Positions 1-12,690 of a DNA stretch of 64,000 nucleotides are shown here, piece by piece. The notes under the pieces were generated by a model. The model was given only the letters and a program-made list of their open reading frames with translations, searched no databases and was not told the origin of the DNA. Source of the stretch: Felis catus (lineage: Eukaryota); the NCBI RefSeq assembly GCF_018350175.1, contig NC_058368.1, positions 194,930,001-194,994,000 of the forward strand, written 5' to 3'. A program made the translations under genes and the position numbers. The stretch's first letter is position 1. Each line of letters starts with the position of its first letter.

Positions 1-2057
1 TATGATAAATTCCATTTATATGAATTGAAAAAAATTATTCTTCCTCCATGACCCGCAGGGATCATTAATCTTCCTCATTTTAGATACCTGCCTCTCATGT
101 TTTACCATGGCACTGTATTAACAGCCATTTGAAAAGCCCACTCTAGGTTATTTTTAAAAATAAGTAACCACCAAATATTATTCTCTCCCATCATAAACCA
201 GCAACTAATTATTGCTTTTCCTTTTAACATTGTGGAGAATACTGCATATGAATTGGTTTGACTAACCTGTCGGTTGGTTTATTAAATGAATGACTCCTCC
301 CCCAACCCCGGATTATAAGGGTCTATATGTGAACCTCTCTTCATGTCTTTCTCTTGAGATGGAGAAAAGACCCCCTCCTTCCCTGAGATACCCAACGCTA
401 AAGCTTCTAATCTCTAGTTCAAATAATTCTTTGATAGGCCATAGTCCTGCCCACAGCTCAGAATGCAAATGGTCAGGGAGTCAGATAGAATGAAAAAGTG
501 CAACAATCCAGGGCCCTGTGAAATGTAGCTACTTTATGGAGGAAGGGGCAGGAAGTATCCTCTTAATATCAAATCCTTTCTCCCCTACATACATATAGAA
601 CTGTAAAATGCCGCGGAGGTGGGGTACTTGGTAACATTTGTATGCAAATTGATTCTCTGTTTGGCTTACCGAGACAGAACTGAACCAGAAAGATTAAAGA
701 GCAAATTAATAGGACCAAGCACATCACCTCCCCCCATCCCGCCACCACACACACACACCCGACTCCTTTTTTATTGATGAACAGTACATTTGATTTTCTT
801 CTCCCCGACATTGTCTTTCACAAAAGGGAGACACGGTCTAAAAGGTTTGCATTGTAATCATTTCGAGAAGGTGATGAATCCACTGTGCTAATTCTTTAAG
901 TAAACTGGTGGTAGCCCATCAGGAAACATCACTCTACATCTCCTTCCCCTACATGTGTCAAGGCATATCTGAGCTACAATGTGTATGGGATTCTGTGTTT
1001 ATAAGGAAAGAAAAGTCATGACTCTGGAGAGCTGGGAAGGGATTGGTACCACTGCACTTTCAAAATATAGGAATGACTACATCATCTGAGGAGTCAATGT
1101 TGTTTCAGAACTGTTCTGAAACGTAAAATAATGAAGCTAGGAATTGAACTCAGGAAATACCCTCAGCAATTTTTCAGAGAGATTGGAAAAAAAAGGTCAA
1201 AAGGAGGGAAAGTATTATCCTTGTGTCATTGGCACTTTCATTTCTAACTCTCTCATTTTTTAAATTTTAGGTGAAAATACAGAAGCATTAAAATCTGGGG
1301 ACTCAATAGAATTGTATGTGGGGGTAAATGGAGACTGGCAGCCTAGCAGGTTCCATGTGAATAACCCTTTCTCCCCCAAGGGACAGGCACCGTATTGGAA
1401 TGAGCCAATCCAATCATCTCAGGCACCCAGGTACTACTTAGATTAAATGATGCCAGCTGCTCACCTTGTTGGGGGAAATCTGGGGGCTAGAAAAGGAAAG
1501 GCCATCAATAACAGAAGTGCTGCTGCATTAGTACATAACCAGCGAAATGGCCATAATGACAGTAAACAGTAAAACAAAACAGCAGTCGAAGTGAGGCAGA
1601 AATCTCATATGGTGCCAACACAGAGAACGCATTGAGGCCTTCAAAAGAGCTGACGGGGAGAGAGACATAGGGTACTGGGACCCAAACAGCATTGCAGTGC
1701 TCATCAACTGTGACCCCATAAGTAAAATGAGGTGATTTGGCTGAAGTTCCTCCTTTGGTATTTTAAAAGCCTATGGTTCTAAAACCATGAGTGACATCCT
1801 AGGATTCGATAACCTAAATTTTGTCTCTTTGTTTGCAGTTGGAGATGGGGCTTCATAGCCAGACTGGCCAAAAATAATAGACAAAGATATGGTTTTTGGG
1901 GGGTTTTTTGATGGTAGAAGCACATTCCTTTCAACCTCCTTTGCAAGCCAAAGGGAACTTGCTTTGATTCACAGAACGCTTACCTTCTAGCTTATGGCTG
2001 GAAAGGCCCAGGAAGACCCCAACATTTTTTATCTTCTGGGTAATTCATAGCATATAA

Positions 2058-2264
2058 CTGTGTTTCTCAGTCTCGGCACTGCTGACATTTTGAACTGGAT
2101 AATCTTTATTAGGAGGGCTGTCCTGTGCATTGTAAGATGTTCAGCAGTACCGTGGCCTCGGTGACATCCCCTCCCCCCAGTCATGACTATCAAAAATGTC
2201 TCCAGACCCTGTCAAAAATCCCGGGGTAGGGAGTGCAAAAATTGTCTGCAGTTGAGAACCACTG
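2058..2264 (+). mobile_element. MER20-like hAT-Charlie DNA transposon remnant
   Basis: Starts ctgtgtttctcagtctcggcactgctgacattttg, has internal gggctgtcctgtgcattgtaagatgttcagcag and aaaaatgtctccagac, and ends gttgagaaccactg (terminal inverted repeat). Confidence 0.85.
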
Positions 2265-5200
2265 GTATTGAATGACCAAATTCTTAATCTGCTGTTCCGA
2301 TGTCCTAATTGCAATGGGGAGAAAAGTCTAGTTTCCTTGAGAACATGCCCCCCATGAACCACACAAATCACCCAATGAAGCAAAAAGGGACCTAGCTCAT
2401 GCTTGCAAAGGGAATAAAGGGAGAGGAGATAAACCAAGTCTAACCCATGGATGGTTTTGCCATGCTTCCTTGCACAGGGCTTTGTGCTGAATATGACACT
2501 CATTTGTTAAGAAAGGTCACTAAAATCTTGAAGGAAAGATGTTTCTATTCACACAAGGGTCAAGAGAAACATGGCAGATAGATTGTTTGATATCTGGGTC
2601 CTGGAAACCCACCCAGTTGGAAGGTAAATGAGTTTTCTTTTGAGGTGCCCCCTCTGGATCTCTTCCTCCCGGTAGCATAGCTGTATTTTCCCTCAAATCT
2701 TACCCGCTGCGTTTTGGGCACTGCAGAAAGCATTTAAGAGCTTCTGAAATGGGCCAAGGACTTTTTTACCGAGGAAAGAAGTTCCTTGGGCAAGCTTGCA
2801 CCAGGCCCAATCAAACTGTCAGTCTACCTTCTTCTGGGGGCTTAGGAACCTTGAGTAAGAGAAAAGAAAACATCACATCTTTTATTCCCAAAGGATAACT
2901 TAGATACGGCCCCTAGGCTGGTAAATAGAGTTATGAATTGGTGCATAACTTCTGTGTATTTGCAAAACTGGTGATGACCTATCAGGGGATATTTAGGGAA
3001 TTTATCCCTGAGACCAACTTAACTATGAAAGAGGTTGCAAATGTGGTGCAGTGGAGAAAGCAGTTAGGCTAGGATTTGAAAGCCCCCTTTTCTAAAGTGA
3101 GCTCTGCTCCCATCCTGCAGCATGGCTTTCATAAGACTCTGCATCGTGGGGACTCAGTTTGCTTACCAATCAACTCAAATGACTGATTCCAACACCCCTA
3201 TGTTGCCTCCAGCCTGGGATAAGATCTTTGTGAAAGACAGAGGCCCACACCCACAAAGGCTCAGAATGAACTTGCTTCAACACTGACGCTGCCCTCATTT
3301 CTTCACTAGGCATTTATTTACCATGTATTTATGTGTGCAGTCCCAAACTCTGCACTCTATGGGGGACACGGAGGTAACAGATGCCACAGTCCCTGTCCTT
3401 GCAGAAAGAGGAGACACTGCTCCCTTTAAAGCTACATTAAAAACCTCTTTCCTTCTTCAGAGGGCCCGCAGAGCTCCTCTCCCGACAGCCTGTGTACGCG
3501 TCCTGCGACAGCATCGCATTTATGTGGGCGTCATTAACTTTATTTCCTTCATCAGCTGGCAGAAGCCAGAATGATTTTTAAGACGGATGGCACTGTCTCC
3601 CGCCTGGCCATCTTGACGCTATTCTGCAGGTTTTCTGCTGCTTTACGCAAAGCGGACTTGGCCCAAAGGGCAGGAGACCTGGGATCCAGAATTTAGCTAG
3701 TGGCCTGACCTTGACAGGGCTCCATGACCTTTCTGGCCCTCAGTTTCCCCAGCTGTAAGATGAAGGGAATCAACACATCAATCTCTCTAAAATCATTTTT
3801 AACTGTGCCAGTTAAGAATTGTCCTCCTCCAATCTCCATGATAGAATGCTTTTGGTTAAAAATATTGCCTCATATTTCAATTGTTATATGAAGTAGTGAC
3901 ATTGCATTGTGTGCAGACTCAAAAGTCTGAAAGAACTGAGGACCTCATTAAGCAACTTCACTCTGGAGGGTTATCACATTCTAGATACGATTATTAACAA
4001 ATCACATGGGTATGTCTCTCTCCCCCAGGAAGTGCTTTGGACGATGAGAAAACATGGTGTTTGATTACTGTCCCCATAGATCTGAAGAGGAGCATGAAAA
4101 GAGACCAAAAGTTTCTATACTTTTTTCAGGGATTCTTTTTCGGTTTTTTTCCTCGCCCATAAAGTCTACGCTTTTAAAATTTTGTTAACCAAATCCTATA
4201 CACCATTAACTTATTTTCCCCATTTTTATTAATCGAAGGCATCCATAACTGCCTTTGATAATGTTCAGAAATACTAAACATTATGGTATGGACAGTGTCG
4301 CCACACTGAGTTGACCTAAGAAAAAAAACAAAAGCAAAGACACGTGATGCCTTTTAGTTAGTCCATAGAGCTTTGTCAGAAGTAAATATGCAATTTGTTA
4401 GAGTCTGAAATGTTTAAAATGGATTCTGAATCCTCATTACTATTTCATGAACCCTATAGGTATCCAGGGACCCCATTTGGGAAACATTAAAGTTGATTTA
4501 TTCTATATAGCTCCAAGAGAAGAACTGGAGCAAATTAATGGGTAATTATTTTACTGTACACACACACAAATTCTAGCTCAATGTAATTTGGAACTTTCTG
4601 GCAGATTTGTCAAGTGGTGCAATGGGCTGCCTCAGTGGTAGTAAGGGTCCCTGTCACCGGAGGAATGAAGGCAGAGAAACCCACCTCCCATGAGAGATGT
4701 AGAAGAAATCCAAGCTGCTTTTGAGGATTGAGATTTGTAATTTACTGCAAAAAAGTAAATGAATGCAGGTCAGGGACAAATCTTTACGATATTTATATTC
4801 CCTCTTTTCCTGATCCCCAAATTACCCTCCGATCTTTGTAAGCTCTCTGGGTACACCCTAAACACACATTCACTCATAACTTTTCCTTCTTTAAAATGGA
4901 CTGGTGACGAATAAATTGGGCAATGAATACACACACACGATGCAACAAAGGATTATTAAAAGAAACCACCTGGTTATGTAAGAGGCTGGTTTTAAGAAAT
5001 GAGAAGAACCTCAGACTAAGAAAATGTCAGAGCCAAAAAAGACCCCTAGAAAATGCACTGGTCTACAGACAAGTCCACAGGCACGGCTCGTGTTCACAGG
5101 ACCGATGGCCTGTATGGCTGAAGGCCTCTTGGCCCCGAACTCCCGCTGTCCTTTCTGAACCAACCCTCTGGTAAGCCCAACACACAACTGACCTCCCATA

Positions 5201-5734
5201 GGGCCAGCTAGCAAATGCATTCAGAAAGCACGTTAGAAGGGAACAATGCCCTGAGATGCTGAGGAGACGGACTTATCCGCACAGTGCCTATGCTTTGTAA
5301 TGCAAGCTCTTATGAGGGGTGCTGAGGCCCCAAAGCCTTTGAAACTCCTTATAAAGGATCACTTTGTGGTTTTCTGAAGTTGATATTGTCTGAGTCTCCC
5401 GAGGCTAATTCAGTGCAATTAGATTACCACTCTCCGCCTTTGGATTCGGCTGTTTTTCAGTGTCCATTGCTAAATGAGTTTACTGTCTTAACAGGGAGCT
5501 GCTGACAGTCATTAATCCCAGCCGTGAAATGGGCAGCGTTCTCTCTTGCTTCGTGTACTGGGCAACCCACAGGCACCTAGAGTATAAGCCTCTACTCCCT
5601 TCCTGGCAAGGTCCGTCCTCAATTTCCCTCCCATTCACCCCCAGAAAATCACACTTTCCCTTCAGCGCGTCTTAAGTACCAACAGAATCATGGAAACTTA
5701 AGGCAATTCTAGAATTCAACAGCTCTCCAATCTA

Positions 5735-5994
5735 GCAGTGAGCGGCTTGTCAAACGTAGAGTTTCCTACCATTGTACCAGACTACTGAAACAGGATCCTT
5801 CAGGTGGGGGACCCAGAAACCTATAATGTTACCAAGAGTCTCAAACTTTAGTGTGTGTATGAATCACCTGAGAATCTCAGTTAGATGCTGATTCAGGCTC
5901 AGAAGGTCTGGGCTGGGCGCGGTGAGAGTCTGTATTTCTAAGAACCCTCATGTGATGCTGATGTTTCCATGGACCAACAGTTTGAGTAGCAAGG
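5735..5994. mobile_element. MER5-family hAT-Charlie remnants (probably two adjoining pieces)
   Basis: Motifs tctcaaactttagtgtg...gaatcacctg, ggtctgggctggg, tgatgctgatg and ggaccaacagtttgagtagcaagg. Confidence 0.7.
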
Positions 5995-6829
5995 TTCTAA
6001 ATGATCCTGGCTAGGGACCCCTGACATAGATCAACCCTTTTATTTTGCAGATGAAGAGAGGATAAATAACTTCCTTAAGGCTACAGCGTGAATGGCAGAG
6101 CTCCCAAGGTCCTGTGGGATTATGTTCGTCCCCCAAACTTACTCCCCTGCATGTCATCTCTAAGGGCTGTGTGCCCTCGACTCTGCCACTGCACTTTCCT
6201 TCCTTTGGCACTCTCACACGCCGTCCTCCCTCACAGACACAAACCTCAGACAGCTATCCCCATTCCCTAACTGGTGGGTGGCCTGGGCCCTGAAGTCCTA
6301 GCACACCAAAAGCGCCCATTTACGCAGCCGGGCACTCTAGCCATGTGATGCTGGATAAAGAGAAGGGGCACCTGAAGAATGGGCTTTAAATCCGGGCACC
6401 GGGGGTGGGGGGTGGGCGGCCTAGGACGTAGCACTGAGAGTCTCTCGGGACTGATAGAGGAAGTAGATCAAGGTGATGAGAGGGAGGAAATCTATGGTTT
6501 CTTTCTCCAACGATGACCCAACATAACTAGAGTATTGTTTAGGACTCCCAGATGTTCAGACACCATTGCCCCATTCTACCATCTGTCTGACCTCGGGACC
6601 ACGTCCTTCCTTCTTCTCTACCCCCTTTGACCTATTAACCTTTCCGCAAAGCACATTATGATCGTATACATCAAATAAAGTAACTGCTATGATCTTCGGC
6701 CTTTGCGAGCTGCGTGTTGATGGCGGTGTGCTCAGTTCTGCAACACTGCCCGGCTCCAGAGGAATGCGGCAAGTCCGCTGCAACCCTGGCTGCCGGGCAG
6801 AGGTGCAGCCCTCTCTTACAAGAGCACTT

Positions 6830-7020
6830 CGCAGTTTAAGGAGCGTTTCACGTTCACGATCCCGTGGGAGCTTCCCAATCACCTTAAAAAACAGATACGA
6901 GACAGCGGTTACTATCCCCATTTTAGAGTTAAGAAAACTGAGGTTTGGAGAAGTGACTTGCCGAACACCCTGCTGTTACTCTCAGGGTAAATCCAGGATT
7001 CAAATATAGATCTCCTTTCT
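6830..7020 (-). mobile_element. MIR SINE remnant
   Basis: MIR core in reverse: ccccattttagagttaagaaaactgaggtttggagaagtgacttgcc. Confidence 0.7.
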
Positions 7021-7039
7021 CCTAGCTCACCACACCACC

Positions 7040-7072
7040 ATATATATATGCAATATATATGCAATATATATG

Positions 7073-7107
<35 letters not shown>
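7040..7107. repeat. (AT)n microsatellite with three GCA-interrupted units
   Basis: atatatatatgca atatatatgca atatatatgca followed by pure (AT)n. Confidence 0.95.
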
Positions 7108-7109
<2 letters not shown>

Positions 7110-7279
7110 CCACAGCCCTGGGGAGCCGGGGCGTTTATCAGGCTAATAGCCCTCACCCTCTGCCAGTGGGCTGCAGTGGGAGGGTGGCAGGAAGCTCCTG
7201 ACAGGAGAGCTGGGAATTTCCCATCAGGCCTTTAGTTCGACAATCATATTCTTCTGATTCTGAGCCAGATACGGATTTC

Positions 7280-7870
7280 CCTTTCTCTGTTCCTGATCAT
7301 TTTTAATTGTACAATATAGGCATATATTCTCTTTTTAAAAAAATCTAATACTAGACTTAAGCTTAAAACTCCCCCTTTGATATGATCTCCAGGTCCCTCC
7401 CAGCTTTGTTTCCTTAAGGGGTATTGTACTTGATCATTTTTATTCATATATGGGTGTGCATGCGTAGACGTATACATACACACATGTGGGTATCACTATT
7501 GAAATATATACGTGTAGACTATCATTTCATGGAATTATATTGCCTACATAAGTCTGCAATTCGTTTCGTTCGCATCTCCACAGGTCTTGGGAAGCTTTAC
7601 CTGTTGAGGCACACAGCTCACCTCATTCTTTTAACTATTGCAAACCATTTCATGTTGTGTGTATTCCATTGTTTTCCAGCCATCCCCCCCACTGATGGGC
7701 ATTTATACTTTTTTTTCTAAGTTTTCCACTGCCATCAGTGCTGCAATAATCACAGTGTACCTACATCTTTGTGAACACATGTGACATTTTTCCAGGCAGA
7801 TAACAAGAACAAGAAATGGAACGGCTGGGGCACAGAACATGTGCATCTTTTATGCTAATAGATACTGCAG
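7280..7870 (-). mobile_element. Ancient L1 (L1M-type) 3' remnant
   Basis: Typical antisense L1 motifs: ctcattcttttaact...gatgggcattta...gctgcaataa...gaaatggaacggctgggg...taatagatactgc. Confidence 0.65.
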
Positions 7871-7954
7871 TCTGCCATTCCTTTCTTCCTGAATCTTCCC
7901 TCCTCGCTCTCTTGTGCTGCTCCCTCTCAGCCTGGGCCGTAACAATGCACTAAT

Positions 7955-8200
7955 AATAGTTGTTACTATTTATTGAACATTTATCGAATGCCAGGTACTG
8001 TGCTAGCAACATCACATGCCTCGTCTCGTAAGCCCACAAAAACCGTTAGACAGAAGTACTAGTATATTCCCATTTATAGGTGACAAAACTGAGGCATAAA
8101 GAAGTTATGTAATTTGCCCAAGCTAAGACCACTAGCAAGAGGCAAAATCAAGATTCAAAACCAGGCTGACTCCATAAAACACTCTTTTAACCACTGCACT
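7955..8200 (-). mobile_element. MIR SINE, near full length
   Basis: tttattgaacattta...tgccaggtactgtgctag...cccatttataggtgacaaaactgaggc...aatttgcccaag. Confidence 0.8.
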
Positions 8201-8831
8201 GACACTGTTACTCCCAGAATGAACCGGGAAGGGGAGAGAGGGGACTGAACTGGATGAGAAAGACAGAGGTAGAAAAGAGACTAATTTCCCTCTCTAGATG
8301 ATCAGGGGCTCATCTCTTTCCGAGGGCCCATCTCTTTCTAGATCATAATAAAGTTAACATACATCCATAAGTAGCTGAGGTTTCAATCTCCACCCTTCAC
8401 ACGGGAGGGGAATGGCACTAACTCCCACCCAAGTTCCAGAGGATCATGGTTGGGGCTCTAGGGGCAGACAGGTTGCTCCAGCCTTTTCTTCTTTATGCAC
8501 CTGCACCTGCCTCGTGACGAAAAGCGCTCAGATAAAAGAGCTATCGAGGGTTCTGCGAGAGAATTTCTGACCTGGTGGGGAGGAAAAGGAGAAAGCCAGC
8601 ACCAATCCTGGCCCTTTTGTTTTTTTTAATTGTTAATTGCTGGCCCTTAGTACTCAGGGCAAAGCCTCACATCCTAACCCACAAACACACAAGACCAAGA
8701 ACACCAGTTTCCTTTTACCTTCCCTGAAGGAGGTTAAAGATACAGCCTGAGCTCCAGCCCTCACCACAGGCTCCAAATTTGCCTTTCCCAAAGCACACCC
8801 AATGATGGGCTTCTTAGAACATCCCTGGGAG

Positions 8832-9043
8832 GGGAGGGGCTGGGTTGCTCAGTCGGTTAAGTGTCCAACTTCAGCTCAGGTCATGATCTCACAGTTTGTG
8901 AGTTCGAGCCCCACATTGGGCCCTGTGCTGATGATTAGAGCCTGGATCCTGCTTCAGATTCTGTGTCTCCCTCTTTCTGCCCCTCCTCCAGTCGTGCTCT
9001 GTCTCTATCTCAAAAATAAATAAACTTAAAAAAAAAAAAAAAA
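8832..9043 (+). mobile_element. Felid CAN-SINE (SINEC_Fc type)
   Basis: tRNA-derived head (gctcagtcggttaag...gagttcgagccc), CT-rich region, aataaa and poly(A). Imperfect TSD agaacatccctgg / agaatatccctag. Confidence 0.95.
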
Positions 9044-9544
9044 AGAATATCCCTAGGCAGGGGAAACTGCACCCAGGGCCAGAGGAGGGTGGTGGGTGGT
9101 GGGAGCAGAACGGGGCCAGGAGGCAAGGACGGGGCCAGCTCTCCTATCATGAGCTGCACTCCAGACCTGGCCTGTGGGAAGCCCAAAACTGTTGCCTCAG
9201 ACACCTGTTTTCAACAGCTCTCTGAGTGACACCAGAGACTTCTCCAAATGTATCCCTAGCAGGCCTGCTGCTAACAGCAGAAAAAAAACACAATAAAAAC
9301 AAAGTCTCCAAATATCAGCCTTGAAATAAACTTGCTGGTTTGTTTACATTATAAGCATTCCATGTTTGCCATAAAATATTTAAATCACATGGGGAAATAT
9401 GTTTAAAACCAAAATACACTGAAATCTTACCCCCCAGGGTAAATTACTCAACAGTTTGCTATTCATCCTTCCAGATGATTTTAATAACATAATGACCAAA
9501 CCATGTGTGCTCGCTTTGTGCCTGACATCTTTCTAAAAGCTGAA

Positions 9545-9730
9545 TATGTATTAACCCATGGAAGCTTCAGAACAATCCTGTAAGGCATTATTCATCCCAT
9601 TTTATAGATGAGGTTACAGAGGAGGAAACAGAGAGGTTAAATAATTTTCCCTAGGGTTACCCAGCTTGGAAACAGCAGTGCAAGATTGAAATCCAAGCAG
9701 TCTGGCTTCAGAGAGCCTTCAACTGCCGTG
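9545..9730 (-). mobile_element. MIR SINE remnant
   Basis: catcccattttatagatgagg...gagaggttaaataattttccc...tgaaatccaagcagtctggcttcagag. Confidence 0.75.
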
Positions 9731-10240
9731 TTCCACTAGTGAGCGTTTCTGTTCTACAAAGATGGGATTATATTAAACACCGTGTTCTGCAACTTACTTT
9801 TTTTCACCCAGCAATAAGTTGTCAGTGTGCACACAGATGCGTCTCATTCCTTTTTGCATTTGCGCTGCCCTTTGCCGAGAATGTCAGGTTTGGGCAAGAC
9901 ATGGCTCTCAGCTTGTCGCAACACAGCCCCTACCTACCTCCACTACCTACCTCTTGCCTTCCCACAGACCAAATTCCAGCCCAAACTGAACTTCTCATCG
10001 GTCTCTGTAATATGCCCACTCTTCTCATCCCTGTACTATTCTCACACTCTTCCCTATCCCTCCATAAATCGAGAAACTCCCCGCCCCTCATTTCAGCCCT
10101 GAAAGGCACACCAGCCAGCCCCAGATTCAAGCTAATTTGATTTTGAATCCTGCCTCTGGCACTTCCTTGCTGTATGATCTTGGCAATTTACCCAACCTTT
10201 CTCATCTTAAAACTGTTCTTCATCTTAAAAACTGAAGACA

Positions 10241-10365
10241 CAGTTGAGTGTCTGACTCTTGGTTTCAGGTCAGGTCCATGATCACATGGTTCGAGCCCCA
10301 CATCAGGCATGGTGTGTTCGAACCCTGCATCCGGGTCTGCAGGGACAGTGTGAAGCCTGCTTGGG

Positions 10366-10406
<41 letters not shown>

Positions 10407-10490
10407 ATCTCTCTCTCTGCCCTTCCCCTGCTCATGTTCTCTCACTCTCTCTTGCTCTATCTCTCAAAATAAATAAATAAACTAAAATTA
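10241..10490 (+). mobile_element. CAN-SINE, slightly 5'-truncated, inserted in a MIR
   Basis: cagttgagtgtctgactcttgg...(CT)n...caaaataaataaa. TSD aaaaactgaaga at 10227-10238 and 10491-10502. Confidence 0.92.
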
Positions 10491-11618
10491 AAAAACTGAA
10501 GAGAACAACTTCACCAACAGATAAATGAAGTTACCTTTCAAGCACTTTTTCCGTGCAGAACTTAAGCCTTTAACAAAGGACAATCCCTTTTCCACTTCCC
10601 TAAGATCTTGTCCATGCCTCAAGATCCACCTCTAGCCCCACTGCCTCTGTGAGGCAGCCCCTGGACTGCCACCAGCCCCCTAAATGGGTGTAGACCCTCC
10701 TTCCTAAATCCTCTTGGAGAAGTAGGCATTACCCTTGGCGCTCGGTTTACTCAAAGTGCCCTTACATACATTTGGGTGCCCTTCTGACTTCCCTACTGGA
10801 CTGTGAGCCCTTCGAAGGCTAGGAACTGAATGAATTTTGTGGTACGTGTGGAAAGGGCAGCAAGAAGAAAAAGAACCCATCCCCTGGTGCTTCCCAGAAT
10901 TTTCACCTTGTTCTCCCTCTTCCTCATAGACAGCATCATCCCAGCGGTTCATATATATTAGGTGTTCAGTGCTTGTTAAGTTGAATTACTTTATCCCCAC
11001 GTGCCTGCTCCCATCATCTTCTTGTTGGTTCTACAGAAGCCCAGGACCGGAAGGCTTCCAACCAGCCAACCCCGAAGCACTGCTGTGTCTCACAGTGATC
11101 CCTTTTTCCTCTAAGAAATGAGTCACAGTGAGAGGGAGCTGGACGCGGCAGCTTAGCCCTGGCTCAGTAGCCATTGCGGTGAGCTTCTCAGTTTTATCCT
11201 CGCTGTCTGGCTGAGCAGGTTCTAACTCCAGGCCCCGCAAAACACCTGAGGCATCACAGCTAAAGTTGCTTCCCACCATGACCGAGGTCTGCAGAGAGGC
11301 TCCTTCCACAGGACAAGGCAAACTTTCTAAAACAGTTTTTAGTTGGGCCAAAAGCATGAACTTCAGTAGAGATAGTTTTCTTGATGTGACCTAAAACACT
11401 TAGTAGAAAAGAACAATTCTTGACAGGAGCCAAGAAAGGACTGCATCATATCCAGAGCAAAGGGGCTTGGAGGAATTCGTTGAATAGGCCTTGGAATATA
11501 GAAAGCTACACTTCCTGAAGAGGAGGGTGACATGTTTCAACAAAAGGGGTAACCCCATGCTGCCTCAAGTAAGACTGCACTAGGTAAAGACTATGGGTCT
11601 TTCCAGCATAATTCTTAA

Positions 11619-11852
11619 TTTTTTTTTAAGTTTCATTTTTATTTTTTTTAATGTTTATTTATTTTTGAGACAGAGAGAGACAGAGCATGAGCAGGAAAGG
11701 GGCAGAGAGAGAGGGAGACACAGAATGTGAAGCAGGCTCCAGGCTCTGAGCTGTCAGCACAGAGCCCGACGCAGGGCTCGAACTCACGAACTGTGAGATC
11801 ATGACCTGAGCCGAAGTCGGATGCTTAACTGACTGAGCCACCCAGGTGCCCC
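11619..11852 (-). mobile_element. Felid CAN-SINE (SINEC_Fc type)
   Basis: Full-length reverse copy ending cccaggtgcccc. Perfect TSD gcataattcttaa at 11606-11618 and 11854-11866. Confidence 0.96.
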
Positions 11853-12479
11853 TGCATAATTCTTAAATTAAGTTGGCTCATAGAACACCCAGCAGTTAAA
11901 AACTCTTGGGAATCAGTCAGATATATTCTAGAACCCTAGTTATATTACTTGATTCCTGTATGTCCTGGAGAAAGATTGTTTTTAGGACTCCTGAGCCTCA
12001 GTTTTCATCATCTGTAAAATGGCAGTGATTAGTATCCACCCCCCACACTGAAAAATCACCTGAAGGATTAAATGGGAGAAGGCATGGAGAGTGTTGGTGT
12101 GTGACACACAGAAATCGTGTGAAGCAGGAAACCATGATTACTATATTACAAGGGGAGAGGTGCAAAGCATTGTGGGAGCATAAAGAAGAGTGTAACTCTG
12201 CCTGGAGGTGGGAAGACAGCAAAAAGTCGAAGGAGCCAGGACACTTAAACTGGGCCACAAAGAATGACTAATCCACCAGGTGGCAATGAGTGCCAAGAGA
12301 GACTGTTGCAGGCAGAGAGGAAAGGCCTGCCGAACAGGCAGGCTGGAGGATGTGGAGATCAAGGGCACTGGATGGGCCAGCTGTCCACTGTTAACCAGGC
12401 TCAGTCCAGTCCTGCAATTCTTTGTTCTCTCCCAGTGGGCCTTTTGTCAACTGGAAGCCCAGCTGAGAGTAGACAATTT

Positions 12480-12690
12480 GCTAATTATCCAAAAAATATT
12501 TCTTGAATTCCTGCTATAAGTCAGTGATTGTTCTAAGTCCTGGGGATAGACACAGTGATGAACAGAACAGACATAGTCCTTACTCTCATGCAGCCTAACA
12601 TCTAGATGGATCTACAGACAGCTTGGGAAACCACAGACTTTCAGATCATGGGCAGTGCTACAAACCCAGTTAGTCAGATGATGGGACAGA
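12480..12690 (-). mobile_element. L2 LINE 3' remnant
   Basis: tgttctaagtcctggggatagacacagtgatgaacagaacagacatagtccttactctcatgcagcctaacatctag resembles the reverse L2 3' end. Confidence 0.65.
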
